In this document: in pieces, positions 28,101 through 37,859 of the stretch
How the letters are laid out: every line of letters begins with the position of its first letter
Position numbering within the stretch: position 1 is the first letter of the stretch
NCBI GenBank assembly: GCA_038226705.1
Contig: JBBRQH010000020.1
Span: 4,293-68,292, forward strand
Direction: 5' to 3'
Source: Chthoniobacterales bacterium
Lineage (GTDB): Bacteria; Verrucomicrobiota; Verrucomicrobiia; Chthoniobacterales; SZAS-18
Length of the DNA stretch: 64,000 bases
Translations under genes and position numbers: made by a program
The notes under the pieces: generated by a model
Databases searched by the model: none
The model's input: the letters and a program-made list of their open reading frames with translations, nothing else
What the model was told of the DNA's origin: nothing

Positions 28101-28521
28101 CAGGGGCACAGCGACCAGCGCGGCGGCCACTCTCGCGGTGCACCTCACCTATAATACGTGGTCGAGTGGCATTGCCTGGGGCCGCGGCGCCAACACCACC
28201 CCCACTGGCGACCCCGATGGCGACGGGATCTCGAACCTCCTCGAGTTCGTGCAAAACCTGGATCCGCTCTCGAACTCAAACGCCCAAGCGCCAACCTTTG
28301 CGACGGACGGCACGAACGCGACATTCACCTTCCGCCTGCGGAAAAACTTGGGCGCCGTGAGCGTGATCGTCGAGACTTCCACGGACCTCCAATCCTGGAC
28401 CAGCGCCGGCGCCGGCACGTATCTTTCGACCGTCGATGCGTCGACCGATCTCTATCGCGTGACCGTGCCAGCGCCCGCGAATGGCCAGATCCTCGCCCGC
28501 CTCCGTGCGACCACGCCGTAA
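25135..28521 (+). CDS. ExeM/NucH-family extracellular endonuclease with Ig-like and C-terminal DxDxDG/ETSTDLQSW modules
   Basis: Signal peptide MFYRICASLVATLLLASSCLGQ. IHDIQGSGASSPIVGTNVRIQGVVTG...GFFVQEEDAD...VTEFNGLTEL is the OB-like module. An EEP nuclease region (GANVLNYFNGDG...SDHDP) follows, then the Ig-like PALSYQWFKD...GSYTVAVTN. Confidence 0.85.
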   Translation: MFYRICASLVATLLLASSCLGQISYTGGTYTQDFNTLPNSGTYTLSGAGPIALDAAPINAAGMAGWSIGLVPGSSGTNTLFRVDTGASNSGSAYSYGASAATNRALGSVASGTTISRFGAIFTNGTGNTITSVTIGYTGQQWRNGGSNFANTLRFSYAVGAASISDTAATFAEVTTLNLVSPVVGTTAAALDGTLPGNQSALTAQVAGLLWPPGQTLVIRWNDANDAGSDDGLAIDDFSFTSAAGGGPLTVTGTTPANGAVNQAPNGSLSVTFNHPVTVTGNWYQITGTTSGTHAATVTGGPSTFSLKPTTELAFGETVSVTFVAANIVDQNTSLNLPADYTFSYSTVAAPLSTTFIHDIQGSGASSPIVGTNVRIQGVVTGSFQSTTNGLKGFFVQEEDADADNDPNTSEGIFVFDNGNAPAVLQGHLVTVIGTVTEFNGLTELSPTLSVQINGFAPLPNAVQLTLPLASATDLERYEGMRVVLPQTLTVTNNFDLGHFGEIEISLGRLAQPTNVTTPGAAANALQAQNNLNRIKVDDGSSSQYVDPTPYEFGASPTLRTGNTVTGLTGVVTYIAGSYSIEPTSTPVFVDANPRPAPPAVGGNVHVVGANVLNYFNGDGLGGGFPTARGATTPAELARQRAKVVGALSALNADIYGLTEVENDGYGPTSALQDIVNGLNTLAPSGTSYTAIAPSFALGTDLIRVALIYRNETVTPVGLPATTNDVSFSGARPPLAQTFQEIASGEKLTVCVNHFRAKGSAAAGDPLNLDQGDGQATNNHLRVQEAMALTSWLATDPTASGDPDFLIIGDLNSYAMEDPIMTIKSAGYTDLTRTYEGASGYSYAFAGQFGHLDYALATASLTSQVTGTQAWHNNSDEPIFLDYNLENKTPAQAALNVGTPYRASDHDPILIGITLVQAQAPLVTQDPASQTVNTGDTVTFTVMATGTPALSYQWFKDLQPIGGATSATLVLPSVGLGAAGSYTVAVTNFRGTATSAAATLAVHLTYNTWSSGIAWGRGANTTPTGDPDGDGISNLLEFVQNLDPLSNSNAQAPTFATDGTNATFTFRLRKNLGAVSVIVETSTDLQSWTSAGAGTYLSTVDASTDLYRVTVPAPANGQILARLRATTP

Positions 28522-28574
28522 TTGGGGTGGCGGGACCGGGGAATACGCTCATATCCGGCGTCTCTCAACCTTTC

Positions 28575-28901
28575 ATGGTCACACGGATCTGGCGGGGTTG
28601 GACGACTCCGGAAAATGCAGCTGCGTACGAACGCCTCTTGCTGGGCGAGATCTTCCCGGCCATCGCGGCGCGGCTGCCGGAGGGCTACCGTGGATTTTCG
28701 GTCAATCGACGCGATTCTGGCCGAGAGGTGGAGTTTCTCACGACGATGTGGTTCGACTCGCTCCACGCGATCAAAGCCTTCGTGGGGGACGATGTCGAGA
28801 CGGCGCACGTCCCAGCAAAAGCGCGCGAGCTGTTGGTACGCTTTGACGCGCGAGTGGCACATTACGAGCAACTCGTGCCGCCCCCCGCCGGCTTGAGTTG
28901 A
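28575..28901 (+). CDS. Antibiotic-biosynthesis-monooxygenase (ABM)-like small protein
   Basis: MVTRIWRGWTTPENAAAYERLL...EVEFLTTMWFDSLHAIKAFVGDD. The internal ATG of ORF 28158 was chosen because the upstream part overlaps the nuclease gene. Confidence 0.65.
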   Translation: MVTRIWRGWTTPENAAAYERLLLGEIFPAIAARLPEGYRGFSVNRRDSGREVEFLTTMWFDSLHAIKAFVGDDVETAHVPAKARELLVRFDARVAHYEQLVPPPAGLS

Positions 28902-28945
28902 GGCGCGAGCGCCGGAGCGCCGGAGCGCCAGAGCGCCGGGGCCTG

Positions 28946-29278
28946 CTAAACGCGCGCGAGGGACTTTTCGAAATCGCGCACAAAGAACCGTTTCCCCTTT
29001 TGGAAAACGCGGTGGCCCTCCGCTTCGAGCCGCGCCGTGAGAGCGGGGATGCCGCCGGGATACTTCGGGTTCAGTTCTCCTTTGAGCTTGAGCGTGCGCC
29101 AATAGGGCGTGACTTCGGCCTCGCCCGCCGCGGTTGCCTCGTCGGATGCGTGGGCCGCGAACCAGGCAAAGATCCCGGTCGTGACAGGGCAACCGACGTC
29201 AGCCGCGTGCTGAAGGGCGACGGCGTTCCGGAGGTCATTGATCGTCGTGAGTTCTCCCCGTGGCACGAGGCGCATCAA
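28946..29278 (-). CDS. MGMT-family (methylated-DNA-protein-cysteine methyltransferase DNA-binding-like) protein; homology continues upstream to about 29425
   Basis: GCPVTTGIFAWFAAHA...TPYWRTLKLKGELNPKYPGG. The in-frame upstream stretch reads KSWREKLADDKDLPKVVKLSGDAAARWGGRTLVIPAPREVDAL but has no ATG/GTG/TTG, only CTG at 29425. Confidence 0.7.
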   Translation of the reverse strand: MMRLVPRGELTTINDLRNAVALQHAADVGCPVTTGIFAWFAAHASDEATAAGEAEVTPYWRTLKLKGELNPKYPGGIPALTARLEAEGHRVFQKGKRFFVRDFEKSLARV

Positions 29279-29529
29279 GGCGTCGACCTCGCGGGGCGCG
29301 GGAATTACGAGGGTGCGTCCACCCCAGCGCGCTGCGGCGTCCCCGCTGAGCTTAACGACTTTCGGGAGATCCTTGTCATCGGCGAGTTTCTCGCGCCACG
29401 ATTTCTTGCGGCGCGATTTAACCAGAGGCCTGGAGGCGGGGTTTTTCGGCGGCTACATGGTTCCCGCAATAAGACCCGAAGGTTGGAAGATTGTGCCATC
29501 GCTTGTTATCGTAATTGGACGCGACGCCT

Positions 29530-29919
29530 TCAAGTCGAAAGGGCACGGCCTGGGGCACCCCCGAGGGCCGAGCCAAACATGATGCGATGACCGTCCGCCG
29601 TGACGAGGCCGAATTCTCGCATCCCCCACGCTTCATCTCGCAGACTCTTGCAGATCCGGGTGCCGGCTGCGCAGACCGTTTCGTAAAGCACATCGATATC
29701 TGCAGTTTCGAGATAGGCGAAGTAGGAATGGTCGCCTAGTTTGGAGGGATGCAGCGCGCCCGGACATTCGCCCGCCATGATCGTGCAGGCGCCTGAGCTA
29801 AAGAAAAGCCAACCGGGATCCGAGATCGCATGGATCATGAAACCGAGAACGTCCCGATAAAACGCCGCCGACGATTGCAGGTCCGGCACGGCGATGACAA
29901 AGCGGGTTCCGGTGATCAT
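29530..29919 (-). CDS. VOC/glyoxalase-bleomycin-resistance family protein
   Basis: FVIAVPDLQSSAAFYRDVLGF...EAWGMREFGLVTADGHRIMFG. Confidence 0.8.
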   Translation of the reverse strand: MITGTRFVIAVPDLQSSAAFYRDVLGFMIHAISDPGWLFFSSGACTIMAGECPGALHPSKLGDHSYFAYLETADIDVLYETVCAAGTRICKSLRDEAWGMREFGLVTADGHRIMFGSALGGAPGRALST

Positions 29920-30290
29920 GAAGGCTCCATGAGCTTTTGCGGGGAAAGATCGTTATTAGGCGAGGATCTCCAAAGGATGGTTCGTTATTCGCGACGAACG
30001 CGGCTGCTCGCGAGCCATCTCGTTGGATTTCATGCCAACCTTTCGGTTGGTCCAGCCTGAGGAGCCGCGAAGTTCATGGCAAGCAAACCGCGACACGCCT
30101 GCTCCCGGCGGACGCATCAGATTCTTGTCACCTTGAGCTTGCCGAAGGGCCTCAAGTATTCGCCTTTTCTCACGCTATTGCGATGTCGAATCAGTGACTC
30201 GGATTCACGACTCGCCTCGATTTTCGCTGCGTCCGCTGGAAACTGAAAGTCCCGTCAAATGGGTCCACGGCAAAGCAAAACGCGTAGAAA

Positions 30291-30752
30291 CTACTCGGCT
30301 CCGTGTCCGGCGACTTCTTTCTCTCCCGCATAAGCTCTTACTGCTGAAAGGAAAAATAGGAATCCCGGGTGAAGGGTATCGGAGTCATAGACGGTCCTGG
30401 GTAGCCGACAACCCCGGATCCTGAAACTCACAGCCGCCACCGTAAATGAATCCCCATCGCTTGATCCTTGCCGATCTTCCATCGCCCAAGATTCGATTTC
30501 ACCCCATGTGGCTGAGAATCCGGGAATCTTGGCGATTCGTGCGTCGGTGACAACGACCTTTTGGAGCAGGAAAGCGCTGAACGCCAGAACGGCGAGGAGC
30601 CCGAGGCCAACAAAGGCGTAAGAAAACACGTGCGACCCGACCGTTCCAAAGCACGCACATCCCGCCGCAAAAAAAAGCGCACCGCAGGCAAAACCCAGCC
30701 ACCCTTTCTCGCGGCTCGGACGAAAGATTTTTTCTGGATCGGCGTGTTGCAT
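30291..30752 (-). CDS. Small membrane protein (two TM segments plus a cytoplasmic domain)
   Basis: MQHADPEKIF...WLGFACGALFFAAGCACFGTVGSHVFSYAFVGLGLLAVLAFSAFLL. It starts 2 nt after the pntB stop; an alternative ATG is at 30761. Confidence 0.55.
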   Translation of the reverse strand: MQHADPEKIFRPSREKGWLGFACGALFFAAGCACFGTVGSHVFSYAFVGLGLLAVLAFSAFLLQKVVVTDARIAKIPGFSATWGEIESWAMEDRQGSSDGDSFTVAAVSFRIRGCRLPRTVYDSDTLHPGFLFFLSAVRAYAGEKEVAGHGAE

Positions 30753-30753
30753 T

Positions 30754-32127
30754 CTAGGCATCCTGCACCGCGTGCACGAGCTTCGAGAGCGTCTCCTTCG
30801 CGTTGCCGTAGAGCATTCCCGTATTCGGCTTGAAGAAGAGCGGATTTTCAATGCCGGAAAAGCCTTTGCCCTTGCCGCGCTTGAGCACGATGACCGCCTT
30901 CGAGCGGTCAACCTCGAGGATCGGCATGCCCGCAATGGGGCTCTTCGGGTTGTCCCGGGCATCTGGGTTCACCACGTCGTTTGCACCGATGACCACGGAC
31001 ACGTCGGTGTTCGGGAAATCGGGATTGATCTGCTCGAGTTCGTAGAGCTGCGAGTAGGGGACGTCCGCCTCGGCCAGGAGCACGTTCATATGACCGGGCA
31101 TGCGGCCGGCCACCGGATGAATGGCAAACTTGACCGTCACCCCGCGCTTCTCGAGCATATCGGACAACTCCCGCACGACGTGCTGCGCCTGGGCCGTGGC
31201 CATGCCGTAACCGGGCACGAAGACAACCTGGCGGGCATAGGCCATTTGGGTGGCGGCGTCCTCCAGGCCGACTTCGCGCATGTCGCCCTCGGCACTGCCC
31301 GATTCCTGATCGGAGACACTACCGAAGGCGCCAAAGAGCACGTTCCAAATGGAGCGGTTCATCGCCTTGCACATCAGCACGGAGAGAATGAAACCGGAGA
31401 ACCCATCGAGCGTGCCCGCGATGATGAGGACGTTGTTGGAAATGGCGAATCCCGTCGCCGCAGCCGCGAGCCCCGCGTACGAATTTAGGAGGGCCATGAC
31501 GACCGGCATGTCGGCGGCCCCGATCGGCAGCACGAGCATGATGCCGAAGACAAATGCGAGCGTCAGCATCAGATAAAACGCCCACGAAGCCCCAGGGTTG
31601 AAGAGCAGATAGAAAAACAGCGCGACGGTGACCGCGATGAGCGCCGCGTTGAACACCTTCTGCCCCTTGAACGTCATCGGCGCGCCGGGCAGGATCCCCT
31701 GGAGTTTGGCGCAGGCGATCAGACTTCCCGTGGTGGTAAGCGAGCCGAGGAGCACCTCAAAGCTGATCGCGGTCATCTTGAAGCCACCAAGATTTTCGCC
31801 GTGGGTGTAGTACTCCGCGACGCCCACGAGCGAAGCCGCCAGCGCGCCGAAGGCGTGGGAAAGCGCGGTCCGCTGCGGGAGGGCCGTCATCGGCACCCAG
31901 TAGGAAATCACGCCGCCGATCGTGCCGCCGATGATGAGCCCCGCGATGATCCACTGATACCCAATGATGTCCTTGTGCAGGAGGGTGCCGATGACCGCGA
32001 GCAGCATGCCCAGCTCGGCCGCGTGCATGCCCCGCCGCGCGGTCTCCGGATGCGTGAGGCAACGCAGTCCGTAGATGAAGAGCAGCGAGGCCGTGAGGTA
32101 ACTGAACTCGATGAAATAGGACGTCAT
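30754..32127 (-). CDS. pntB: NAD(P) transhydrogenase subunit beta
   Basis: A multi-TM N-terminal half plus the dIII NADP(H) domain: VVFVPGYGMATAQAQH...HPVAGRMPGHMNVLLAEA...VIGANDVVNP. Confidence 0.95.
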   Translation of the reverse strand: MTSYFIEFSYLTASLLFIYGLRCLTHPETARRGMHAAELGMLLAVIGTLLHKDIIGYQWIIAGLIIGGTIGGVISYWVPMTALPQRTALSHAFGALAASLVGVAEYYTHGENLGGFKMTAISFEVLLGSLTTTGSLIACAKLQGILPGAPMTFKGQKVFNAALIAVTVALFFYLLFNPGASWAFYLMLTLAFVFGIMLVLPIGAADMPVVMALLNSYAGLAAAATGFAISNNVLIIAGTLDGFSGFILSVLMCKAMNRSIWNVLFGAFGSVSDQESGSAEGDMREVGLEDAATQMAYARQVVFVPGYGMATAQAQHVVRELSDMLEKRGVTVKFAIHPVAGRMPGHMNVLLAEADVPYSQLYELEQINPDFPNTDVSVVIGANDVVNPDARDNPKSPIAGMPILEVDRSKAVIVLKRGKGKGFSGIENPLFFKPNTGMLYGNAKETLSKLVHAVQDA

Positions 32128-32136
32128 GGCGGTGCG

Positions 32137-32447
32137 CTATTCCTTGTCCGGCTTGGGCGCGATCGCCTCCTTGCGCTTGAAGAACTTCAGCATGCGCTCG
32201 GTGATCCAAAACCCGCCCACGACGTTGATGGTGGCACAGAGCACCGCCACGAAGCCAAGGACGGCGCTCACCGTGCTGTGCTGCGCACCGGCCGTGACGA
32301 TGGAACCGACGAGCGAAATGCCCGAAATCGCGTTGGTGGCCGACATCAGCGGCGTATGCAGCAGGGGCGGGACGCGCGAGAGGACGAGGTAGCCGAGGAA
32401 GGCCGCCAGGGCGAAGACGTAGAGCGCCGGAATCAGGGTTTCAGCAT

Positions 32448-32451
<4 letters not shown>
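32137..32451 (-). CDS. pntAB: NAD(P) transhydrogenase subunit alpha, part 2 (membrane)
   Basis: 104-aa protein with 3 TM segments and the motif LHTPLMSATNAISGI. Confidence 0.9.
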
Positions 32452-33602
<1,151 letters not shown>

Positions 33603-33922
33603 GTTCGTGGGGGTTAAGACAACGGGCCGCCGCTACCCCGTCCGTTCGATTGGTGCATAGGCTCGGGCAATTTTTGAACAGGCGGAGGATGTAGGCCGCA
33701 CGCGCCCGCAGGCAACACTTTTCCGCGCAGCGAGCCCGGAGGAACATCCAAACCTCCGCGCCGCCGGCAGGAAGCCTGCAGCAAGCGAAAGACCTCGAGC
33801 CGTTTACGGGCAAACACGGCCATCACCCGAGCGGGGCACGAATAGGTCTTGCGCGCAGGACTGGAGCAATTGCTTCGGGGCCTACGGTTATCGCAAGTGC
33901 AGTTTACCCAAAACAACAAACC

Positions 33923-34243
33923 ATGAAACTCCTCCTCCCTATCGCTTGTGCCGCGTTTGCCGCCACTAGCCTCTTTGGCCAGGTCACCGAGACGACCACG
34001 ACCACCACGACCAGCAACGGTACTCTCACGGAATACACCCCCGGCACGACCTTCGTCATCAAAGAGACGACCGGCCCAATGAAGTACACCTACGGCAAGA
34101 CCGTGACCTATGTGACCAAGAGCGGCAAGGTGCTCAAAGACGACGAAGTTCGCACCCGCGTGAAGCTCGGCAGCCCAGTGAGCGTGCAATACGTCCGGAC
34201 CGGCGAAGATCGCGTGATCAGCCGGGTTGTGATCGACGATTGA
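33923..34243 (+). CDS. Small secreted Thr-rich hypothetical protein
   Basis: Signal peptide MKLLLPIACAAFAATSLFGQ, then TETTTTTTTS. Confidence 0.6.
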   Translation: MKLLLPIACAAFAATSLFGQVTETTTTTTTSNGTLTEYTPGTTFVIKETTGPMKYTYGKTVTYVTKSGKVLKDDEVRTRVKLGSPVSVQYVRTGEDRVISRVVIDD

Positions 34244-34389
34244 GCCAGCTCACTCAGCTAGTTCTCTTCGACCGGCGCGACCGCTGCCCAAGCCCGAATT
34301 CTCGGGCGGGGGCACGGCGCGCCGGTCTTCCTTTGCGCCGGCGAACCTCGACGTTGCGCGAAGCCCCTCCCGCAGTTTCTTGCGCCGAC

Positions 34390-34932
34390 ATGAGCGAAGC
34401 TCCCGAGAATGAACCGATCGATGAATTCGACCTCATGGTCATGTTCGCCGATATGGAGGACGCCTTGGAAAAACTCGCGGAGGGCTTGAAGAAGGGCGCA
34501 GACGGAATCGCGAAGACGGGCATCGACCCGGACGAATTGTCCGAGCGGATCCTCGCCGCGAAGGACGCCATCGCAGACGGCCGCTTCGAGCGGGGAATGA
34601 TGGACGACATCATGCTCGATCTCTCCGCCCTGCTAGGCGAACTCGACCGCAGCGTCCATGGTCAGGTGGGCTACATCGCGGAACATTGGGACAAAATGTT
34701 TCCGGTGGGAACGGACAAGGAAGTTCCAGAGGGAATCGCGGAATTGCTCGTCGAATGGCGCAGCCACGAGCGCGAGAACTTGCTCAGTCAACTGCCGCTG
34801 GAGGACCGCCGCAAGATCGAAGCCGGAGAGAATCCGGCACTTCCCGAAAAACCCCTTCGTCCCCGCGTCAAACCGGCCGCGTCCGGCGCAAAAACTGGGA
34901 AGAAAAAGCCGCGGAAGCGAAAAAAAGAGTGA
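34390..34932 (+). CDS. Acidic hypothetical protein with a Lys-rich tail
   Basis: Internal ATG giving MSEAPENEPIDEFDL.... The upstream part of ORF 34240 is Arg/Pro-rich and unlikely to be coding. Confidence 0.5.
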   Translation: MSEAPENEPIDEFDLMVMFADMEDALEKLAEGLKKGADGIAKTGIDPDELSERILAAKDAIADGRFERGMMDDIMLDLSALLGELDRSVHGQVGYIAEHWDKMFPVGTDKEVPEGIAELLVEWRSHERENLLSQLPLEDRRKIEAGENPALPEKPLRPRVKPAASGAKTGKKKPRKRKKE

Positions 34933-35490
34933 AGAACCGGTTCCGCCATTACGCGATCCTTATGCAAGGGAGCACCGGCGGTTGCCGCGCACCTGCGCCG
35001 CCGCCCGACGACTGCGCAGATTCGGCCAAGACAACCACAGCTTAAAATTCGAGACGAAGCCTCTCCGATAACACCGGCCAGATGGTGCCCTGGCAATACG
35101 CGAGGCGAACTGCGGGAATCGGCTTGGGGACAAACTGACGGGGAGCACGCTGGCGAACGGACCTCGACTTGGAGCCTTTGGGATTTGTCGATTTATTGGC
35201 GGCGGCGGAACGATTGGCGCGTTTGTCAGACATGCGTACTCCGTCGCGAATCGCGGCCTCCATCTCAAATGCGGGAACTACGTAGTGCGCCACTGTGGGG
35301 ACTTCCGCCTAACCCCTTTGCCTCCAGCGCGATTACGAGATATCGCAAAATTTGATTAACCGCCTTTGCCGTCGTTCCTACGCCCGCAGCCGGTCAAAAA
35401 CGGCCACAATCGGCCCCGATTTGGAAGGACGGAATTGGCGAGGCTCGCGCGCAGATCTGCGCCAAAAGCGCGCGAAGGCGACACCGATCG

Positions 35491-36627
35491 TCAAACCTTC
35501 AGCGAAGCAAGGAACCCGCGGTAAAACTCGACGCCGCGCCGGAGCGCAGCGATCTCAATGAATTCATCGGCGGTGTGCGCCTGCACAATCGAGCCAGGAC
35601 CCGCGGCCACACTCGGGATGCCGGCTTGCGCCAGCAGGCTGCCATCGCAAAACCACGGCGCGGTCGTCAGGGTGGCTCCCTGCGACTCGAGACGTCTCAC
35701 AAGTGGATGCGCGGGATCCGTGAGCAAGGGCGGATGCCGGCGAATCAGTTCGACCTCCAAGCTGTGGCACATCGAGCGCAGGATCGCCGCGATTCGCAAA
35801 ATGAAGGCGTCATCCTGCTGGCCGGGAAGCGTCCGCACGTCGAGCTCCGCCTCACATTCATCGGGCACGACATTGATCTTCCGTCCGCCCCGCACGATTC
35901 CGATATTCACCGAGGCAGCGCCAAGCACGGCATCCGCCTCCGCGGCGAGTGCCGGCCCGAGAACATCCCGCACGGCGCGAATGACATCGGACATCGCGTA
36001 AATCGCGTTCACGCCGCGCTCCGGCGAGGCGGCATGCGCCGCTACTCCGGGCGTGCGCAGGCGCAGCCAGAGGGCTCCCTTGTGCGCGTGCATTGCCTGG
36101 CATTCGGTCGGCTCGCCGATGAGCGCAAAATCCGCCCGGTAACCGGAGTCCACCAGCCACTGCGCTCCCTCGTTTCCAGCCTCTTCTCCCATCAACCCCG
36201 CGAACCAAACCTCGTGCGAGAGGAGCGGCAGGACCTCGTGCAATTCGTGCAACGCACAAAGCATCGCCGCCATGGTGCCCTTGGTGTCGGTCGTGCCCCG
36301 ACCCCAGATCCGCCCGGCGCGTTCCTCGGCGGCAAACGGGTCGATGGTCATGCCCTCCACCCCGACGGTGTCGAGATGCGGCGCCAGCAGCAGGCGCGGC
36401 TTGTCCGGCCGGTCGGACGGGAAGCGCGCCAAAACATTCGGGCGCCCCGGCAATACTTCCGGGAGAGTAACCTCCGCGGCGCCGAGCGCACGCAGATGCG
36501 CCGAGACGGCTTCGGCGCAGCGCTGTTCGCCCGCGATGGCGGGGTCATTCGTCGCCGTGGGATTGACGCTCGGAATGCGAACGAGCTCCTGCAACAACGC
36601 GACGACATCCCACTCCCGCGCGCTCAT
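35491..36627 (-). CDS. M20 family metallopeptidase (ArgE/DapE-like deacylase)
   Basis: LVRIPSVNP...LLLAPHLDTVGVEG...GRGTTDTKG...GEEAGNEG motifs. ATGA overlap with the upstream epimerase gene. Confidence 0.85.
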   Translation of the reverse strand: MSAREWDVVALLQELVRIPSVNPTATNDPAIAGEQRCAEAVSAHLRALGAAEVTLPEVLPGRPNVLARFPSDRPDKPRLLLAPHLDTVGVEGMTIDPFAAEERAGRIWGRGTTDTKGTMAAMLCALHELHEVLPLLSHEVWFAGLMGEEAGNEGAQWLVDSGYRADFALIGEPTECQAMHAHKGALWLRLRTPGVAAHAASPERGVNAIYAMSDVIRAVRDVLGPALAAEADAVLGAASVNIGIVRGGRKINVVPDECEAELDVRTLPGQQDDAFILRIAAILRSMCHSLEVELIRRHPPLLTDPAHPLVRRLESQGATLTTAPWFCDGSLLAQAGIPSVAAGPGSIVQAHTADEFIEIAALRRGVEFYRGFLASLKV

Positions 36628-37610
36628 GCCGGCGTTCCGCTCAGGACTCCCGCATGCTTCAAGGGGCGATGTTGCGCGCCAAACCAATCGATGAACTTCA
36701 CGAGTCCCGCGCGCAGGGGCGTCGCCGGGGAGTAGCCGAGTTCCGCCTGCGCTTTCGTGATGTCCGCGTAGGTCAAAGGAAGGTCGCCCGGCTGTTCGGG
36801 GAGATATTCGATCAACGCCTTTCGCTCCAGCAATTCCTCCAGCAGTTCAATGAGCCGCGCGAGTGACGTCGTTTCGCTGCCGCCCAGATTGAAGATATCG
36901 AAGCGCGGCCCTTCGAAGTCCAGTGCCGCCATGATTCCGCTGACGATATCAGCCACGTACGTGTAATCCCGCCGCGTGGAGCCATCGCCGAACTGGCGGA
37001 TGGGCCGTCCCGAGAGAATGCGATCGGTGAACTGATGAATGGCGAGATCGGGCCGCTGGCGGGGACCGAAAACCGTGAAGAACCGGAGGCACACCACGCG
37101 GAGCCCATAGAGGTGCGCGTAATTGGAGCAAAGGTGCTCGCCCGCGAGCTTCGTGGCGGCATACGGGCTGATCGTCGCCTGCAGCGGCATATCCTCCCGG
37201 AAGGGGGCGGTCTTGCAAATACCGTAGACCGACGACGACGAGCCAAAGATGAACTGCGGCACGTTCGCCTTCCGGGCCGCCTCGAGCAGATTCAAGGTGC
37301 CCGTGACGTTCGCGTCCACGTAGAGCTGAGGTTGCTGGATCGAAGGACGAACACCGGCGCGCGCGGCCAGATGCACGATGGCATCGAATCCCCCGTCCGA
37401 AACGACCCGTCCCACCCCGGCGGAATCCTCGAGCGAAACGCGGTGCAATTCGATCCGATCGCGGACCGCGGCGAGGTTCATTTCCTTGCGTCGCAGCTCG
37501 TAGAAATCGTTGAAGTCGTCCAGCACTGAGACGCAATGAGCCGCCTCGAGCAGTCGCTCGACCAGGTGAGATCCGATGAACCCGGCTCCGCCGGTGACGA
37601 GAACGTTCAC
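36624..37610 (-). CDS. NAD-dependent epimerase/dehydratase (UDP-sugar 4-epimerase-like SDR)
   Basis: MNVLVTGGAGFIGSHL..., the SSSSVYG...YAATK catalytic Ser/Tyr-x3-Lys motif. Confidence 0.88.
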   Translation of the reverse strand: MNVLVTGGAGFIGSHLVERLLEAAHCVSVLDDFNDFYELRRKEMNLAAVRDRIELHRVSLEDSAGVGRVVSDGGFDAIVHLAARAGVRPSIQQPQLYVDANVTGTLNLLEAARKANVPQFIFGSSSSVYGICKTAPFREDMPLQATISPYAATKLAGEHLCSNYAHLYGLRVVCLRFFTVFGPRQRPDLAIHQFTDRILSGRPIRQFGDGSTRRDYTYVADIVSGIMAALDFEGPRFDIFNLGGSETTSLARLIELLEELLERKALIEYLPEQPGDLPLTYADITKAQAELGYSPATPLRAGLVKFIDWFGAQHRPLKHAGVLSGTPA

Positions 37611-37688
37611 ATCTGCACCGTTACCCGTCCGCCGATTCCCGTCGAGCGTACAAAAAGGACCAGGGAGCGACGGCAGAACAGGTCAGAA

Positions 37689-37720
<32 letters not shown>

Positions 37721-37859
37721 TTCCCGCCTGCTATCCATCGTCCCTGGCGCCGGGATGATCCGCGACCCGGCGCGTGACGCAAATAATTTCACCGTCAGCG
37801 TTCTTGCGGTTTACCGCGCAATGCTTACAACTCGCGGCTCTCTTCCTGCCGCCTGCAAA

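Noticed and set aside
30245-30253. GAAAGTCCC resembling the RNase P RNA CR-I motif in the 370-bp gene-free gap 29920-30290
   Set aside because: None of the other conserved RNase P blocks (for example the AGGGTGAAA..GGTGCGGTAAGAGCGCACC type) is present, and no convincing long-range pairing was seen.
35042-35293. 83-aa minus ORF (basic, MSDKRANRSAAANKS...)
   Set aside because: It has no recognisable motif, its composition is compatible with non-coding GC-rich DNA, and no ribosome-binding site is evident, so it is left unannotated.
35311-35326. AACCCCTTTGCCTCCA, a 14/16 match to the tRNA-Ala 3' end, as a distal att site
   Set aside because: It is on the opposite strand relative to the tRNA copy (inverted, not direct) and 28 kb away across core genes including the rRNA. 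It is most likely chance in GC-rich DNA.
35575-36735. 386-aa plus-strand ORF
   Set aside because: It is antisense to the M20 peptidase gene, which has clear metal-binding motifs.
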